A stretch of 64,000 bases of DNA from an uncultured delta proteobacterium (GCA_963766715.1 CAVYBH010000012.1:448001-512000), one strand, 5' to 3'. Shown: positions 27,929 through 41,030, counted from the first letter of the stretch. Notes: generated from the letters alone by a model not told the origin. Translations and numbers: made by a program.

Positions 27929-28469
27929 ATGAAGCACCGCGTAGCCGGCCGCCGGCTCGACCGCACCACCGAGCACCGGATTGCGATGTTCCGCAACCAG
28001 GTGACCTCGCTCCTGCGCCACGAGCGCATCGTGACCACCACGCCCAAGGCGAAGGAGCTGAAGCGCATCGCCGACAAGGTCATCACGCTGGGGAAGAAGG
28101 GCACCGCCCACGCCCGGCGCATCGCCTTCCGCGACGTCCGCGACGGCGAGGTGATCGAGAAGCTCTTCGGGCCCATCGCCGAGCGGTACGCCGACGCGCG
28201 CCGGCGGCTACAGCCGCATCATCCACAAGGGCAAGCGCCACGGCGACAACGCCGACATGTCCATCATCGAGCTCGTCGACCGGGTGACCGCGGCCGCCGG
28301 GAAGGGTGAGGCCGACGAGGCGAAGGCCGCCAAGGCTCCCAAGGCCGAGAAGGCCACCAAGGCTCCGAAGGCCGAGAAGGCCCCGAAGGCCGAGAAGAAG
28401 TCCGACAAGAAGGCCCCGGCCGCCGAGAAGGCGCCGAAGGCCAAGGCCAAGAAGGCCAAGGGCGAGTAG
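27929..28469 (+). CDS. rplQ: 50S ribosomal protein L17 with Lys/Ala/Pro-rich tail (indel near 28197)
   Basis: [31 protein letters not shown] then KAPKAEK repeats. Confidence 0.94.
28322..28466 (+). repeat. Low-complexity coding repeat (KAPKAEK-like units) in the L17 tail
   Basis: Recurrent aaggc(t/c)cc(c/g)aaggccgag units. Confidence 0.8.
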
Positions 28470-28489
28470 CCCGGAAGGAGGAGTATCCG

Positions 28490-28748
28490 ATGGCGGTTGT
28501 CCTTCGCCTTTCCAGGGCGGGAACGCACAAGGCGCCGTTCTACCACGTGGTGGCCACCGACTCGCGCAAGCCGCGCGATGGCCGCTACCTGGAGGACGTC
28601 GGCCAGTACGACCCGACCCAGACCCCGATCCGCCTGCAGCTCAAGGTGGACCGCGTCGATTTCTGGCTCAAGGCCGGCGCCAAGCCGAGCCCCACCGTCG
28701 CCAAGCTGATCAAGCTGGCCAAGGCAGGCGGCTCCGGCGAAGGCCTAG
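28490..28748 (+). CDS. rpsP: 30S ribosomal protein S16 (end approximate)
   Basis: MAVVLRLSRAG..PFYHVVATDSRKPRDGRYLE..GAKPSPTV. Confidence 0.94.
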
Positions 28749-28768
28749 GCCTAGCCGGCCGAGCGGCC

Positions 28769-29000
28769 ATGCGCGACCTGCTTCTCTGGCTGGCGAGGGA
28801 GCTGGTCGAGCACGCGGGACGCGGTCCGGGTCGACGCCATCGAGCGCGAGCGCACCGTGGTCCTGGAGCTGGCCGTCGATCCGTCCGACCTGGGCCGGGT
28901 CATCGGCCGCGGCGGCAAGACCGCCAAGGCCATCCGGACGGTGGTCGACGCGGCGGCCCGGCGCGAGGGCCGGCGGGCCGTCGTCGACATCCTCGACTGA
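28769..29000 (+). CDS. khpA: KH-domain RNA-binding protein (indel near 28815)
   Basis: DLGRVIGRGGKTAKAIRTVV; position after rpsP. Confidence 0.88.
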
Positions 29001-29536
29001 TGGCCTGGGTCCGGCTCGGCACCGTGGTCCGGGCCGTCGGCCTCGACGGCAAGGTCGGCGTGGCCGGGACCGAGGGAGCGCTCTCGCGGATGAGCAGCGT
29101 GGCGCTGCGGCAGGGCGGGTCAGGCGGAGACCGGAGCGCAAGGTCCTCGCCGCCGGGCCGCAGGGGCGGATCTGGTGGCTGCGCCTCGAGGGCGTGGAGG
29201 ACCGGACCGCCGCCGAGGCGCTGCGGGGAAGCGAGGTCTGGGGGCGGCGGGAGGAGATGGGGGACGCCGGCGAGGGGCGCCACTTCTGGGCCGACCTCGA
29301 GGGAATGCCGGTGGTCGCGGCCAGCCGGGGACGAGCTGGGACAGGGTGGAGGAGCTCTTCGTGACCGGGGGCGTGGACGTGCTGGTGGTCCGCGGTCCCG
29401 GGGGAGAACGGCTGGTGCCGCTCGCCCCTGGGTCACGGTGGATCGGGAGCAGGGCCGGGTGGTGGTGGATGCGCCGCCCGGGCTGCTCGACGCGGACGAC
29501 GAGGAGGCGCGCAGGACGGAGAGGAAACGGACGTGA
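29000..29536 (+). CDS. rimM: Ribosome maturation factor RimM (indels)
   Basis: [43 protein letters not shown]. Confidence 0.85.
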   Translation: MAWVRLGTVVRAVGLDGKVGVAGTEGALSRMSSVALRQGGSGGDRSARSSPPGRRGGSGGCASRAWRTGPPPRRCGEARSGGGGRRWGTPARGATSGPTSRECRWSRPAGDELGQGGGALRDRGRGRAGGPRSRGRTAGAARPWVTVDREQGRVVVDAPPGLLDADDEEARRTERKRT

Positions 29537-30273
29537 AGCGGCTGGAGGTGGAGATCCTGACCCTCTTCCCTCGGATGTGCGAGGGGTACCTCTCCGAGAG
29601 CATTCTCGGAAAGGCGCGGGAGGCAGGGCTCCTCGACGCGCGGGTGACCGACATCCGCGAGTACGCCTCCGGGAAGCACCGGGTCACCGACGACGCTCCC
29701 TACGGTGGGGGCGGCGGGATGGTGATGAAGCCGGAGCCGCTGACCGCCGCCATCGAGGCCGCCCGCGAGCGGCTGCCCGGGGCCCGGGTGCTGCTCACGA
29801 GCCCCCGGGGCGTGCCGCTCTCGCAGCGGCTGGTGGAGGAACTGGCGGAGCACGGACGTCTCATCATCGCCTGCGGGCGCTACGAGGGAGTGGACGAGCG
29901 CGTGAGGATGGCAGTCGACATGGAGGTCTCCAGCGGGGACTTCGTGCTCACCGGCGGCGAGCTGGCGGCGCTCTGCGTCGTCGACGCCGCCGCCCGCCTG
30001 GTCCCGGGGGTGCTCGGAAACGACACCTCGGCCGGCCGGGAGAGCTTCGCCGGAGCCCCCCTCCTGGAGTACCCTCACTACACCCGCCCGCCGGCGTTCC
30101 GCGGAGTGGAGGTCCCCGAGGTCCTCCTCTCCGGGGATCACCGGCGCGTGGAGCGGTGGCGCCGGCGCGAGTCGCTCCGGGTCACGCGGGAACGGCGCCC
30201 GGACCTGTTCGCGCGCCTGGAACTGAACGAAGACGACCGCCGGCTCATCGAGGCCGGCGACGACGAGCTGTAA
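29533..30273 (+). CDS. trmD: tRNA (guanine37-N1)-methyltransferase
   Basis: [39 protein letters not shown]. Confidence 0.97.
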   Translation: MKRLEVEILTLFPRMCEGYLSESILGKAREAGLLDARVTDIREYASGKHRVTDDAPYGGGGGMVMKPEPLTAAIEAARERLPGARVLLTSPRGVPLSQRLVEELAEHGRLIIACGRYEGVDERVRMAVDMEVSSGDFVLTGGELAALCVVDAAARLVPGVLGNDTSAGRESFAGAPLLEYPHYTRPPAFRGVEVPEVLLSGDHRRVERWRRRESLRVTRERRPDLFARLELNEDDRRLIEAGDDEL

Positions 30274-30286
30274 GGGAGAAGAGACG

Positions 30287-30671
30287 ATGCTGCGCAAGGA
30301 AATCGCCGACGTAGAGGCCAAGTACCTCCGCAAGGACGTTCCGGTCTTCCGTGCCGGGGACACCGTGCGGGTGCACACGAAGATCAAGGAAGGCGACAAG
30401 GAGCGCATCCAGCTGTACGAGGGCGTGGTCATCGCCTCGTCCGGCGGCGGCGCCCGCGCCATGTTCACCGTCCGCAAGGTGAGCTACGGCGTGGGCGTCG
30501 AGCGCATCTTCCCGCTCCACAGCCCCCGCATCGACCGCGTCGAGGTGGTGAGCCGCGGCGACGTCCGCCGCTCGCGCCTGTACTACCTGCGCGGATCTCC
30601 AGGGGAAGGCCGCCCGCGTCCAGCAGGAAGAGGGGCCGAAGGCGGCCGCCGCCAAGCCCGCCCAGGCCTGA
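30287..30671 (+). CDS. rplS: 50S ribosomal protein L19 (indel near 30595)
   Basis: [40 protein letters not shown]. Confidence 0.95.
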
Positions 30672-30720
30672 TCCGGGTCTTTCCCGCGGTCCGCACGCGG
30701 AGTACAGTCGCTCCGCCGAC

Positions 30721-32578
30721 GTGCTCCTGCTCGAGATCGCAGCCCAGGGTGTCCGCGGATTCGCGCCGCCGAGCGGGGCCGGATCGCGCTTGCGCCCGGG
30801 CTACAACGTGGTCGCCGGCGACGGCGCGGCGCTCCGCCGCCTCGTCGCGGCGCTGTTCCACCCCGACCTCCCGCCCGACCCGGTCGCTGCGCGCCGAGGG
30901 CCGCGGCGCGGGCGGGCGCCGTCCGCGCCGGCCTGACGCTCGCCGGGGACGACGGGGTCACCTGGCGGGTGGTCCGGGACCTGGCGGGGCCCTGCCAGCT
31001 CCAGCGCTACGACCCCGAGCGAGCGCGCCTTCCAGTCGGTGCTCCAGGACCCGGTCGCGCATCGCCGAGGTGCTGCGCGCCGCCGGGCGTCGCCCTCGCC
31101 GGAGCGCTACGCCGCCGTCCTCTCCGTCGCCGCCGCCGACTTCCCGTCGCGGCAGGCTCCCCCGGCGGTCTCGCCGCCATCTCGCCAGCCGGCTCCGCGC
31201 CGCTCGCTCGCGCCCGGCCGAGGCGCGGAAGAAGCTCGAGGCGCTCGCGGAGCGAGATGGCGCGCGCCCGCGGCGCCGAGCAGGTCCAGGCGGAGATGGA
31301 CAGCCTGCCAGAGCCGGCTCTTCAAGCTGGAGGAGATGCTCAAGTCCGGGGAGCAGGTGAAGGAGCGGCTGCGGGCCGCCCAGGCCGGCGTCGCGGCGCT
31401 GGCCGGCGGCGGAGGCGGCGCTCGCGACCCTTCGCGACCCCGCCGCCCGGCTGGCCGCCTGCGCGCAAGGCCACCGCCCGGCGCGACGAGGCGCTGCCAG
31501 AAGGTCGCGCAGGAGCGGGAGGCGCAGGACGGGGCCTCCGCGCCCGGGACCGACTCTGGCGCCAGCCCGGGCTTCCTGGCCGGCCTGGGCGTCGGGCGCG
31601 GCGAGCCTGCTCGGCGCGCTCGTGCACCGACCTGCGTGCGCTGGCGCTCGCCGCCATCCCGGCCACCGGGTGGGCCGCCTTCGAGGGGCTTCGCTGGGTC
31701 GGGCGGGCCGAGGGGTCCGAGACCGCCGGGCGCCGGACTCGCTGGCTCGGGGAGCGGGAGCGGAAGGCCACCGAGGCCTGGGAGCGGGAGACCGCCGACG
31801 TGCGGGCCGCCGTGACGGCCGGCCGGGCGTGGCGAGCGTGGCCGAGCTCGGCGACCTGCTCGTGCGGGTGCAGGAGGCGCGGGCCGCGCTGGCCGAGGCC
31901 GAGGCCGGAATCACCACCTGGCAGGCGAGGGCCGAGACGAAGGACGCCGAGGCCGAGCGGGTCCAGGTCCAGCAGGAGATTGGGGAGCTGGAGCGGAAGC
32001 TGACCGCCGAGACGGGGGGCTTCGTGCGCGACATCCACTCCCTGGAGCAGGAGATCGCCCGGCTGGAGCGGGAGGTGGAGTCGGCCCGAGCGCGCGAGGC
32101 GCCGGTCGCGGGGCAGGAGCGGGCCACGCCGTCCCCGCGCCCGCGCGGCGAGGCGCTGCGCGACGCTCATGGAGCGGGCGTCGGCCGACCTGGCGCTCAG
32201 CCCCGGGGCGGCGCTGCGCGCCCTGCAGCCGCGCATCGCTCCAGGTGCTGCCGGCGCTACTCCGCAGCGGCTCGCCAACTTCTTCGTCGACGAGCGCGGG
32301 AACCTCCAGGTCCAGGCGGGCGGGAAGCTCGTCCCCGCGGCCACGCTCCCGGCGGCGGAGCGGGACCTCTGCTTCGCGGTCCTGAAGGTGGGGTTCGCCG
32401 AGCAGGGGCTCGCCGCCGGCAAGTCGGTGGCCGTCCTCGAGGACGCGTTCGGCGTCCTGCCCGAGGGTTCGCGCAGGGTGCTGGCCCGCGCTCCTCAAGC
32501 AGGTGGCCAAGGGGCGCCAGGTCGTGCACGCGACGCGCCGACCCGATCTTCCGGGAGGCGGCCGACCACGCCGCCTGA
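30721..32578 (+). CDS. SMC/Rad50(YhaN)-like coiled-coil protein with degenerate ABC-ATPase motifs (many indels)
   Basis: N-terminus [15 protein letters not shown]; long coiled coil with two hydrophobic segments; C-terminus [22 protein letters not shown]. Confidence 0.6.
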
Positions 32579-32584
32579 GCCGCC

Positions 32585-32967
32585 GTGCCCACGACCCGGG
32601 AGAATCGGCCGCCGGCGCCGAGGACCTGGCCGCGGCCTGGCTCGCGCGGCGCGGGTACGTCGTCCTGGCCCGCAACCACGCCACCCGGCGCGGCGAGGTC
32701 GACCTCGTCTGCCGCGCCGGCGGGCGTGCTCTGCTTCGTGGAGGTCCGGAGCCGGGCCGGCTCGAGGCCACGGGGCTCCGGAGGAGACGGTGGATCGGCG
32801 GAAGGCGCTGCGGGTGGTGGCGGCCGCCACCGACTGGGCCCGGCGCCACGGCGCGCTCGACGACGACATCCGCTTCGACGTGCTGGCCGTGACCGGGAGC
32901 GGCGAGCGACCCGGCCTTCGAGCTCTTCGAGGGCGCCTTCGACGCCTCGGGGGGGGCGCCGGGATGA
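32585..32967 (+). CDS. yraN: YraN (UPF0102) family protein (indels)
   Basis: [45 protein letters not shown]. Confidence 0.85.
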
Positions 32968-33823
32968 GCGCCGGAGCGAACGCCGGGGCCGGGACCCTCT
33001 ACGTGGTGGCGACCCCCATCGGCAACCTGGGCGACCTCTCCCCGCGAGCGGCCGAGGTGCTGCGCCAGGTCGACGTGGTGGTCGCCGAGGACACGCGCCG
33101 GACGCGGACGCTGCTCGGCCACGTCGGGGCGCACCCGGCCGACCTGCTCTCCCTGCCGGCGTTCGACGAGGAGGAGCGGCTCGGCCGGGTGGTGGCGCGC
33201 CTCGCCGCCGGCGCCTCCGTGGCGCTCGTGACCGACGCGGGGACGCCCGGGGTCTCCGATCCGGGCAGCCGCCTCGTCGAGGCGGCCTGGGAGCGTGGGC
33301 GCCAGCGTGGTGCCCGTCCCGGGGCCGTCGGCGGCGCTGGCCGCGCTCTCCGCGTCGGGCCTGGCCGGCCGACCGGTTCCTCTTCGCCGGCTTCCTGCCG
33401 CGGAAGGGCGGGGCCCGGGCCGAGGCGCTGCGGTGGCTCGCCGGCGTGCCGGCCACGCTCGTGCTCTTCGAGGCCGGGAACCGGGCGGCGGCCACGCTCG
33501 CCGACCTGCAGGAGGCCTTGGGCGACCGCCCGGCGGCGCTCGCTCGCGAGCTCACCAAGCTTCACGAGGAGATCGCGCGCGGCCGCCTGTCGGAGCTTCG
33601 CGCGCGGTTTCCCGGGGAGCTGCGGGGCGAGGTGACGCTGGTCGTGGCCGGCGCCGAGGCGGCTCCCGAGGAAGCCCCCACGGAGCCGCCCGAGGAGGAG
33701 ATCCTGCGCCGGCTCGCGTCGGGCGAGGCGCCCACCGCGGTGGCGCGGGCGATCGCGCGGGGGCACGGGATGGGGCGGAGCGAGGCCTACGCGCTGGTCG
33801 AGTCGGTGCGCGGGCGCCGCTGA
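32964..33823 (+). CDS. rsmI: 16S rRNA C1402 2'-O-methyltransferase (indels near 33295 and 33365)
   Basis: [46 protein letters not shown]. Confidence 0.93.
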
Positions 33824-33841
33824 CCGGCGCCGCGCCGGGGC

Positions 33842-35246
<1,405 letters not shown>

Positions 35247-35290
35247 GGGACCCCTGTTAGCACGAGTGGGTGGGGAAGGGGAGCGGCCGT

Positions 35291-37489
35291 TCAGGGCGAG
35301 CCGCGGCGCTTCCGGGCCCGGCGCGACTCCGGCTGCGGCGCGGGGGCCGCGGGGCGGGGCTGCTCGAGCTGGATGCAGGGGAGCGAGACGGTGAACTCGG
35401 CGCCGCCCCCGGGCGGGCTCGGAGACGACGAGCGCCCCGTGGTGCGCCTTGACGATGCGCTGGCTGATGGCGAGACCGAGGCCGGTGCCCTTCTCCTTCG
35501 TCGTGTAGAACGGGACGAAGACGTTGTCGCGGGCGTCGGCGGGGATGCCCGGGCCCGGTGTCGCGGAACCGGATCTCGACCCGGTCGTCGCGGAAGCGAG
35601 GCTCCCGCCAGGTGGCGAGCTCGTCGCGGGCGAGCGAGGCGGAGACGTGGAGCTTGCCGCCGTCGGGCATGGCCTGGAACGAGTTGAGCGCCAGGTTGAG
35701 GAACACCTGCTTCAGCTGCTCGGGATCGCAGTCCACCAGGGGAAGCTCGGGGGCCACGTCGATGGTGATCTCGATCCCGGCCGGGACCTGGGGCGCGAGC
35801 AGCTTGAAGGTGCGCTGCAGGATGTCCCCGACGTCCCCGGGCGCCAGCGTCGACTTGAGCGGCCGGGCGTAGTCGAGGAACTGGGTCACGACGCCGTTCA
35901 GGCGGTCGACCTCCTCGACGATGATCTCGAGGAACTCCCCGTCCTCGCGGGGGAGCCGCGCGGGGGTCGAGGTACTGGGTGGCTCCCTTGATGGCGGCGA
36001 GCGGGTTGCGGATCTCGTGGGCCAGGCCGGCGGCCATCTCGCCCAGCGCGGCGAGCCGGTCGCGCTCCTTCATCTGCTGGTAGAGCTTGGAGTTGTCGAT
36101 GACGAGCGCGCAGCGGTCGGCGACCTCGATGAGGCCGGCGATCTCGTCGGACGCGAAGGCCTCCTGGACGCGCTCGTCCCAGCAGGCCAGGAACCCGGCC
36201 ACCCGGTCGCCCGCCACGAGCGGCATGCAGATGCCGGCCTTCATGAGCGCCATGGCCTCGCGGGCGTCGGCGATCCGCTGCAGCTCGGCGGCGATCGCGG
36301 AGGGCGGGGAGGGCGCCGCCGCGTCGCCCTGGCTGGGAGGGTACTCGGCCTGCAGCTCGGCCAGGCGCCGTTCCAGGTTCTCGAGCAGGACGGCCCGCCG
36401 CCCGTCCCCGGCGGCCCGGACGAGCGCGCGGGCGGTGGCGGGCTCGAGGAACGGCACGGGCTCCGGTCCGCGGAAGGCGAGCAGGCGGTAGCCGGGTCGC
36501 TCGTCGGCGACGAGCCAGAGCGAGGCGTGGGTGACGCGCCGGGTCTCCGCCAGTCCGTCGAGGACCGTGCGCTCCAGGCCGACCGGGTCGATGACGGTCA
36601 CCACGCGGTCGCGCAGGACCTCGAGCTCCCGGACCAGCTCGTACCGTTCCGGGAAGAGGTTCACCACCACCCACTCCTCGACCTTGGCCCGGATCGGGTC
36701 GAACAGGGAGAGGATGACGAACGAGGCGACCAGCGTGTTGAAGAAGAAGAGGCCGGGCCGCACGCCCACCCAGGAGACGAGGCCGCCGTAGATGCTCGCG
36801 AGCACGAGGCCGAGGAGGGTGACGACGGCGATCTTGCCGAGGAACTCGTGCAGGTCGAGCAGGCGGCGGCGCAGCAGGGCCTGCAGGAGCAGGAACATGT
36901 ACAGCGTGAGCGCCACGAACCCGAGCCCCTCGAGCGGATAGCGGACGCCCACGCGGGGGAGGAGATCGAGGAAGGCGAGGATGCCGACCACCAGCGCGCC
37001 CACGAGCACGTAGGTGAGGCGGGAACGATCGGCGCGCGTGGTGCGCCGCCAGGCGTCTCGCGCCACACCACCGAGAGCACCGCGGCGAGCGCGAGGAGGA
37101 CGTACAGGGCCACCAGCAGCGAGGCCAGGTCGGAGCGGGTGAGCGGCGTCGACCGCCACGACCAGCCCGAAGACCGAGCCGCCGAGCATGAGGTCGCGGG
37201 CGCGCCGGGCCGGGCGCCGCTTCACCCCGAGGAATTCGAGGAAGAAGGCGAGCGCCGCGGCGGGCAGGAGCGAGCCCGCGGCGATCGCCAGGCGCTTCCA
37301 GAGATCGTGGCTGCCCTGGGTGCCGGGGAGCCCGTGGAGGAACTCGGCGGCGGAGAAGACGAAGAGATCGAGGGAGAGGAGCGCGAAGAGGGTGAAGGAC
37401 CGCGGCCGTGCCGAGCGCAGGAGGGCCGCCCCGGCCAGGGCCAGGGTCACGATGGCGGCGAGGAGGGCTGCCTGGTCGCGGATGTCCAC
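35291..37489 (-). CDS. Multi-TM sensor histidine kinase with GAF domain (indels)
   Basis: Several N-terminal TM helices, GAF-like segment, AHEIRNPL, QVFLNL, DTGPG, GTGLGL. Confidence 0.9.
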   Translation of the reverse strand: MDIRDQAALLAAIVTLALAGAALLRSARPRSFTLFALLSLDLFVFSAAEFLHGLPGTQGSHDLWKRLAIAAGSLLPAAALAFFLEFLGVKRRPARRARDLMLGGSVFGLVVAVDAAHPLRPGLAAGGPVRPPRARRGALGGVARDAWRRTTRADRSRLTYVLVGALVVGILAFLDLLPRVGVRYPLEGLGFVALTLYMFLLLQALLRRRLLDLHEFLGKIAVVTLLGLVLASIYGGLVSWVGVRPGLFFFNTLVASFVILSLFDPIRAKVEEWVVVNLFPERYELVRELEVLRDRVVTVIDPVGLERTVLDGLAETRRVTHASLWLVADERPGYRLLAFRGPEPVPFLEPATARALVRAAGDGRRAVLLENLERRLAELQAEYPPSQGDAAAPSPPSAIAAELQRIADAREAMALMKAGICMPLVAGDRVAGFLACWDERVQEAFASDEIAGLIEVADRCALVIDNSKLYQQMKERDRLAALGEMAAGLAHEIRNPLAAIKGATQYLDPRAAPPRGRGVPRDHRRGGRPPERRRDPVPRLRPAAQVDAGARGRRGHPAAHLQAARAPGPGRDRDHHRRGPRASPGGLRSRAAEAGVPQPGAQLVPGHARRRQAPRLRLARPRRARHLAGASLPRRPGRDPVPRHRARASPPTPATTSSSRSTRRRRRAPASVSPSASASSRRTTGRSSSPSPPGGGAEFTVSLPCIQLEQPRPAAPAPQPESRRARKRRGSP

Positions 37490-37568
37490 TCGGGGGAATC
37501 CTAAGCCAGAATCGACGCGGCGGTCGCGCGCTTGACCGCCGGACCCGCCTCCCCCAGATTCCGGGTCG

Positions 37569-39755
37569 ATGCTCGTCCCGGTCTCCCTGGCGCTCTTCCT
37601 CGCCGCAGCCCCGCATGTCTCCCCGCCGGCCGTGGTGAGCGAGGCCGACGTCGATCCGCCGCTGGCGCGCCTGACGGCCGCCGAGGCGAGGTTCCTCCGG
37701 GCCCGGTCGGCGCTCGCCGCCGGCGACGCGGCGGCTGCCGAGCGAGAGCTCTCCGGGCTGGCTGCGGCGCTCCCGGCCATCGCCGACCGGGTGGAGGCGC
37801 TGCTCCGCGGCCGTGGCCGAGGCCCAGGGGCTCCCGCGACCAGGCCATCGAGACGTGGAAGCGGGTCCCCCCGACCTCCCTCCTCTGGCCCCAGGCGCGG
37901 ATGTCGCTGGGGCGGCTGCAGGCCGCCGCGGGGCGACCCGTCGAGGCGGTCGAGGCGGTCCGGCCACTGCTGGGACTTGCCGGCCCCGGGCGACCTCTCC
38001 CGGGGCGACGCGGCGCCGCGGGCGCTGCTCTTCGCAGGAAAGGTCCTGTCCGACCAGCCGGACGGGAAGGAGGAGGCCCGGAAGCTCTTCCTGGAGTGCT
38101 GGGCGGGGCACGCCCTCTCCCCCGAGGCGAAGGAGTGCCGTGCGCGGCCTGGACGCGCTGCCCCCGCCTCACGGCGCTCCGCCCGGCGACGAGGACCTCC
38201 TGCGCCGGGCCGAGGCGCTCCTCGACTGGAACCGGAACGAGCAGGCCCTCGCCGAGGCGAAGCGGCTGGGGGAGAGGCTGCCGCCCCCGGGCCCCGACGC
38301 CCCGCTCGCCTGTCGCGCGGCGTTCGTCCGGGGAAAGGCGCTCCGGAAGCTCCGGCAGCACGCCGCCGCGGCCGAGGAGCTCGCCCCGGTGGTCGCGGCC
38401 TGCACGCGACCCCTCGCTCCGTCCCCGGGCGCTCTACCTACTGGCGGTCACGCGCGCCAACGTGAGCAACGCCGCCGGGGTGGAGACGTACCGGAGGTTC
38501 GCAGCCGAGTACCCGGAGCACGCCCAGTCGGACGACGCCCTCTACTTCGCCGCCGACCTGCTGGCCCGCGACGGGCGCATCGACGAGGCGCGGCGGGTGC
38601 TGGACGAGCTCGTGGAACGCTACCCGGACGGCGACTACCGGGCGGACGCGCTCTTCAAGGGCGCCTGGCTCGCCCGGCGGCAGGGCGATCTCGACGCCGC
38701 GGTGGCAGGGTTGGCGCGGATCGAGAGCCTGTACCGGGACAAGGATCCCTACGAGCACGCCCGGGCCGTGTACTGGCGCGGGCGCGTCCTCGCCGTGCGC
38801 AACGGCCAGGGGGACGTGGGTCGAGCCCGCGCCGCCTGGAGCGAGGTCGCGAAGCTCTACCCGGCCGACTACTACGGTCTCCTGGCGCGCGCGCGCCTGC
38901 TCGACGCCGGGAAGAAGGCCCCCGAGCCGCGCCCGTCCGGCGCGAGCCGCAAGGGCTTCCGGTACCGCTCCGGTCCGCTCGCCGCCGATCCCCATTTCCG
39001 GGCCGCGGTCCAGCTGCTCCGGCTGGACATGGACCGGGAGGCCGCCGAGGAGCTGAACGCGGTGGACCGCAGGGAGATCGGGGCGTCACCCGGAGTCTCC
39101 CGAGCCCCTGCTCCTGCTCGCCGAGCTCCTCGATCGCGCCGGCGACGCCCGCGCCTCCCACCGCCTCCTGCGCACCCAGGGGCGCCAGGTGCTGCGCGAG
39201 CCTCCCGCCGGGCTGGGGCTGCGCGTCTGGCAGATGGCCTATCCTCCGGCGTGGCGGGATCAGGTCGTCCGCTACGCGCCCCCCGCCGGCGTGCCGCCGG
39301 ACCTTCTCCAGGCCTTGATGCGGGAGGAGAGCGCGCTCGACCCCGCGGTGGTCTCCGGCGCCGGGGCGGTGGGGCTGACCCAGCTCATGGTCCGGACGGC
39401 CGGCGAGTCGGCGAAGAAGCTGGCCCTGCCCGCCCCCTCGGCGCACGACCTCACCGATCCGCGGCTCAACATCCGGCTCGGCGCCCAGCACCTCGGCGAC
39501 CTCATCAAGCGGTTCGGGGGATCGGCCCCGCTGGCGCTCGCGGCCTACAACGCCGGGGAGGGCAACGCCCGGGCCTGGTGGCGTTCGAGGGCCAGCCTGC
39601 CCCTCGACGAGTTCGTCGAGGAGATCCCCATCCAGGAGACGCGGGGCTACGTGAAGCGCGTCCTGCGCAGCTACGCGGCCTACCGGATGCTCTACGGTCG
39701 CGACGGGGAGCGACCCGTACGGCTGGTGCAGCCGCTGCCTCCTCCGCCGCCCTGA
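37569..39755 (+). CDS. Slt70-like lytic transglycosylase with TPR region (indels)
   Basis: Signal peptide, TPR helices, MREES, GAVGLTQLM, ALAAYNAG, ETRGYVKRV. Confidence 0.88.
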
Positions 39756-39811
39756 GCCGCGCGCGACTCGGGTCCGGGCGCGAGGCAGGGTCCCGTGATA
39801 GGTTTTCCCCG

Positions 39812-40408
39812 ATGCTCGACTCGTCCGTCCTGGTCCTGAACCGCGTGTATCAGCCGATGCACGTGACCTCGGTCCGGCGGGCCGTGACCCTGCTGTACCA
39901 GGGGGTCGCCCGGGCGCTCGACGAGCAGTTCCGCCTCTTCGACTTCGAGAGCTGGGCCGCCGTCGCCGCCGCGGTGAGCGAGGAAGCCATCCACACCCCG
40001 ACCCGGGCCATCCGGGTGCCGCGGGTGGTCGTCCTCGTGGCCCATACGCACCTGCCGCGCCAGCGGGTGCGCTTCTCGCGCCTGAACGTCTACGCGCGGG
40101 ACGAGAGCACCTGCCAGTACTGCGGCCGGCGCCTCCCCCGGTCGGAGCTGAACCTGGACCACGTGTTGCCGCGCTCCCGGGGAGGATCGACGAGCTGGGA
40201 GAACGTGGTCTGCAGCTGCGTGGCCTGCAACCTCCGCAAGGGAGGGCGCACGCCCGAGGAGTCGGGCATGCGCCTGCTCCGGGCACCCGCGCGGCCGAGG
40301 TGGACGGCCGTCTTCCGGAACGCGACGCGACGCGCGATCTACCGGGAGTGGCGACCGTTCCTGGGGCTCCTGGACGCCGCGTACTGGAACGTCGAGCTGC
40401 GGGACTGA
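39812..40408 (+). CDS. HNH endonuclease
   Basis: VLVLNRVYQP; RDESTCQYCG, LDHVLPRSRGG, WENVVCSCVACNLRKG. Confidence 0.92.
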   Translation: MLDSSVLVLNRVYQPMHVTSVRRAVTLLYQGVARALDEQFRLFDFESWAAVAAAVSEEAIHTPTRAIRVPRVVVLVAHTHLPRQRVRFSRLNVYARDESTCQYCGRRLPRSELNLDHVLPRSRGGSTSWENVVCSCVACNLRKGGRTPEESGMRLLRAPARPRWTAVFRNATRRAIYREWRPFLGLLDAAYWNVELRD

Positions 40409-40412
40409 TGCC

Positions 40413-41030
40413 TTGAAACGCTTCCTGGAACAGAGCCTCTACGAGCTCCTGGAGGTGTCGCCGTCCGCGACGCCCGAGGAGATCGTCCGCGCGCACGAGC
40501 GGGCCCGGTCGCTGTACGGCCCCGGGTCGCTCGCCGCCTACACGCTCCTCACCCCGGAGATGGCGGCGGAGCTCGCCCGCCGGATCGAGGAGGCCCGCGA
40601 GGTGCTGCTCGACCCCGAGGCCAGGGCTGCCTACGACGCGCGCCTTCCCGTGGAGGAGGCCCGCCCGGTTCGCGCGCCGGCGGAGACCGTCGCCGCTCCG
40701 GCCCCGGCGACCGTTCCCGCGCCGGCCCAGCTGGTCGAGGAGGCCCCCCGGAAGCCGTTCGTCCCTCCCGAGGGAGCTTCCTGGACCGGCGCCTTGCTCC
40801 GCGAGGCCCGGGAGGCTCGCGGGCTCACGGTGGCCCAGATGGCCGAACGGACCAAGGTGAGCCGGCTCCACATCGAGTGCGTGGAGGAGGAGCGTTTCGA
40901 GCAGCTCCCCGTGGCGGTCTACCTGCGCGGGATCGTCATGTGCCTGGCTCGGGAGCTCCGCCTCGACGGCCAGAAGGTGGCCCGGTCCTACCTGGAACGG
41001 GCCTCCGGAGGCGCCAAGTCGGGTCGTTGA
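40413..41030 (+). CDS. J-domain-like plus RodZ-type HTH protein (TTG start)
   Basis: YELLEVSPSATPEEI..VLLDPEARAAYD; C-terminal GALLREAREARGLT..RTKV..LPVAVYLRG. Confidence 0.75.
   Translation: MKRFLEQSLYELLEVSPSATPEEIVRAHERARSLYGPGSLAAYTLLTPEMAAELARRIEEAREVLLDPEARAAYDARLPVEEARPVRAPAETVAAPAPATVPAPAQLVEEAPRKPFVPPEGASWTGALLREAREARGLTVAQMAERTKVSRLHIECVEEERFEQLPVAVYLRGIVMCLARELRLDGQKVARSYLERASGGAKSGR

Noticed and set aside
28490..29536. S16-KhpA-RimM polyprotein
   Set aside because: Indel artefact; the three genes have recognisable separate starts
37532..40408. TPR-HNH fusion suggested by the 958-aa ORF
   Set aside because: Frame coincidence; slt stops at 39755 and HNH has its own start and -10 element
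39812..40408. HNH as a homing endonuclease, defence or Cas component
   Set aside because: No intron, methylase, cas gene or array nearby; host-like codon usage
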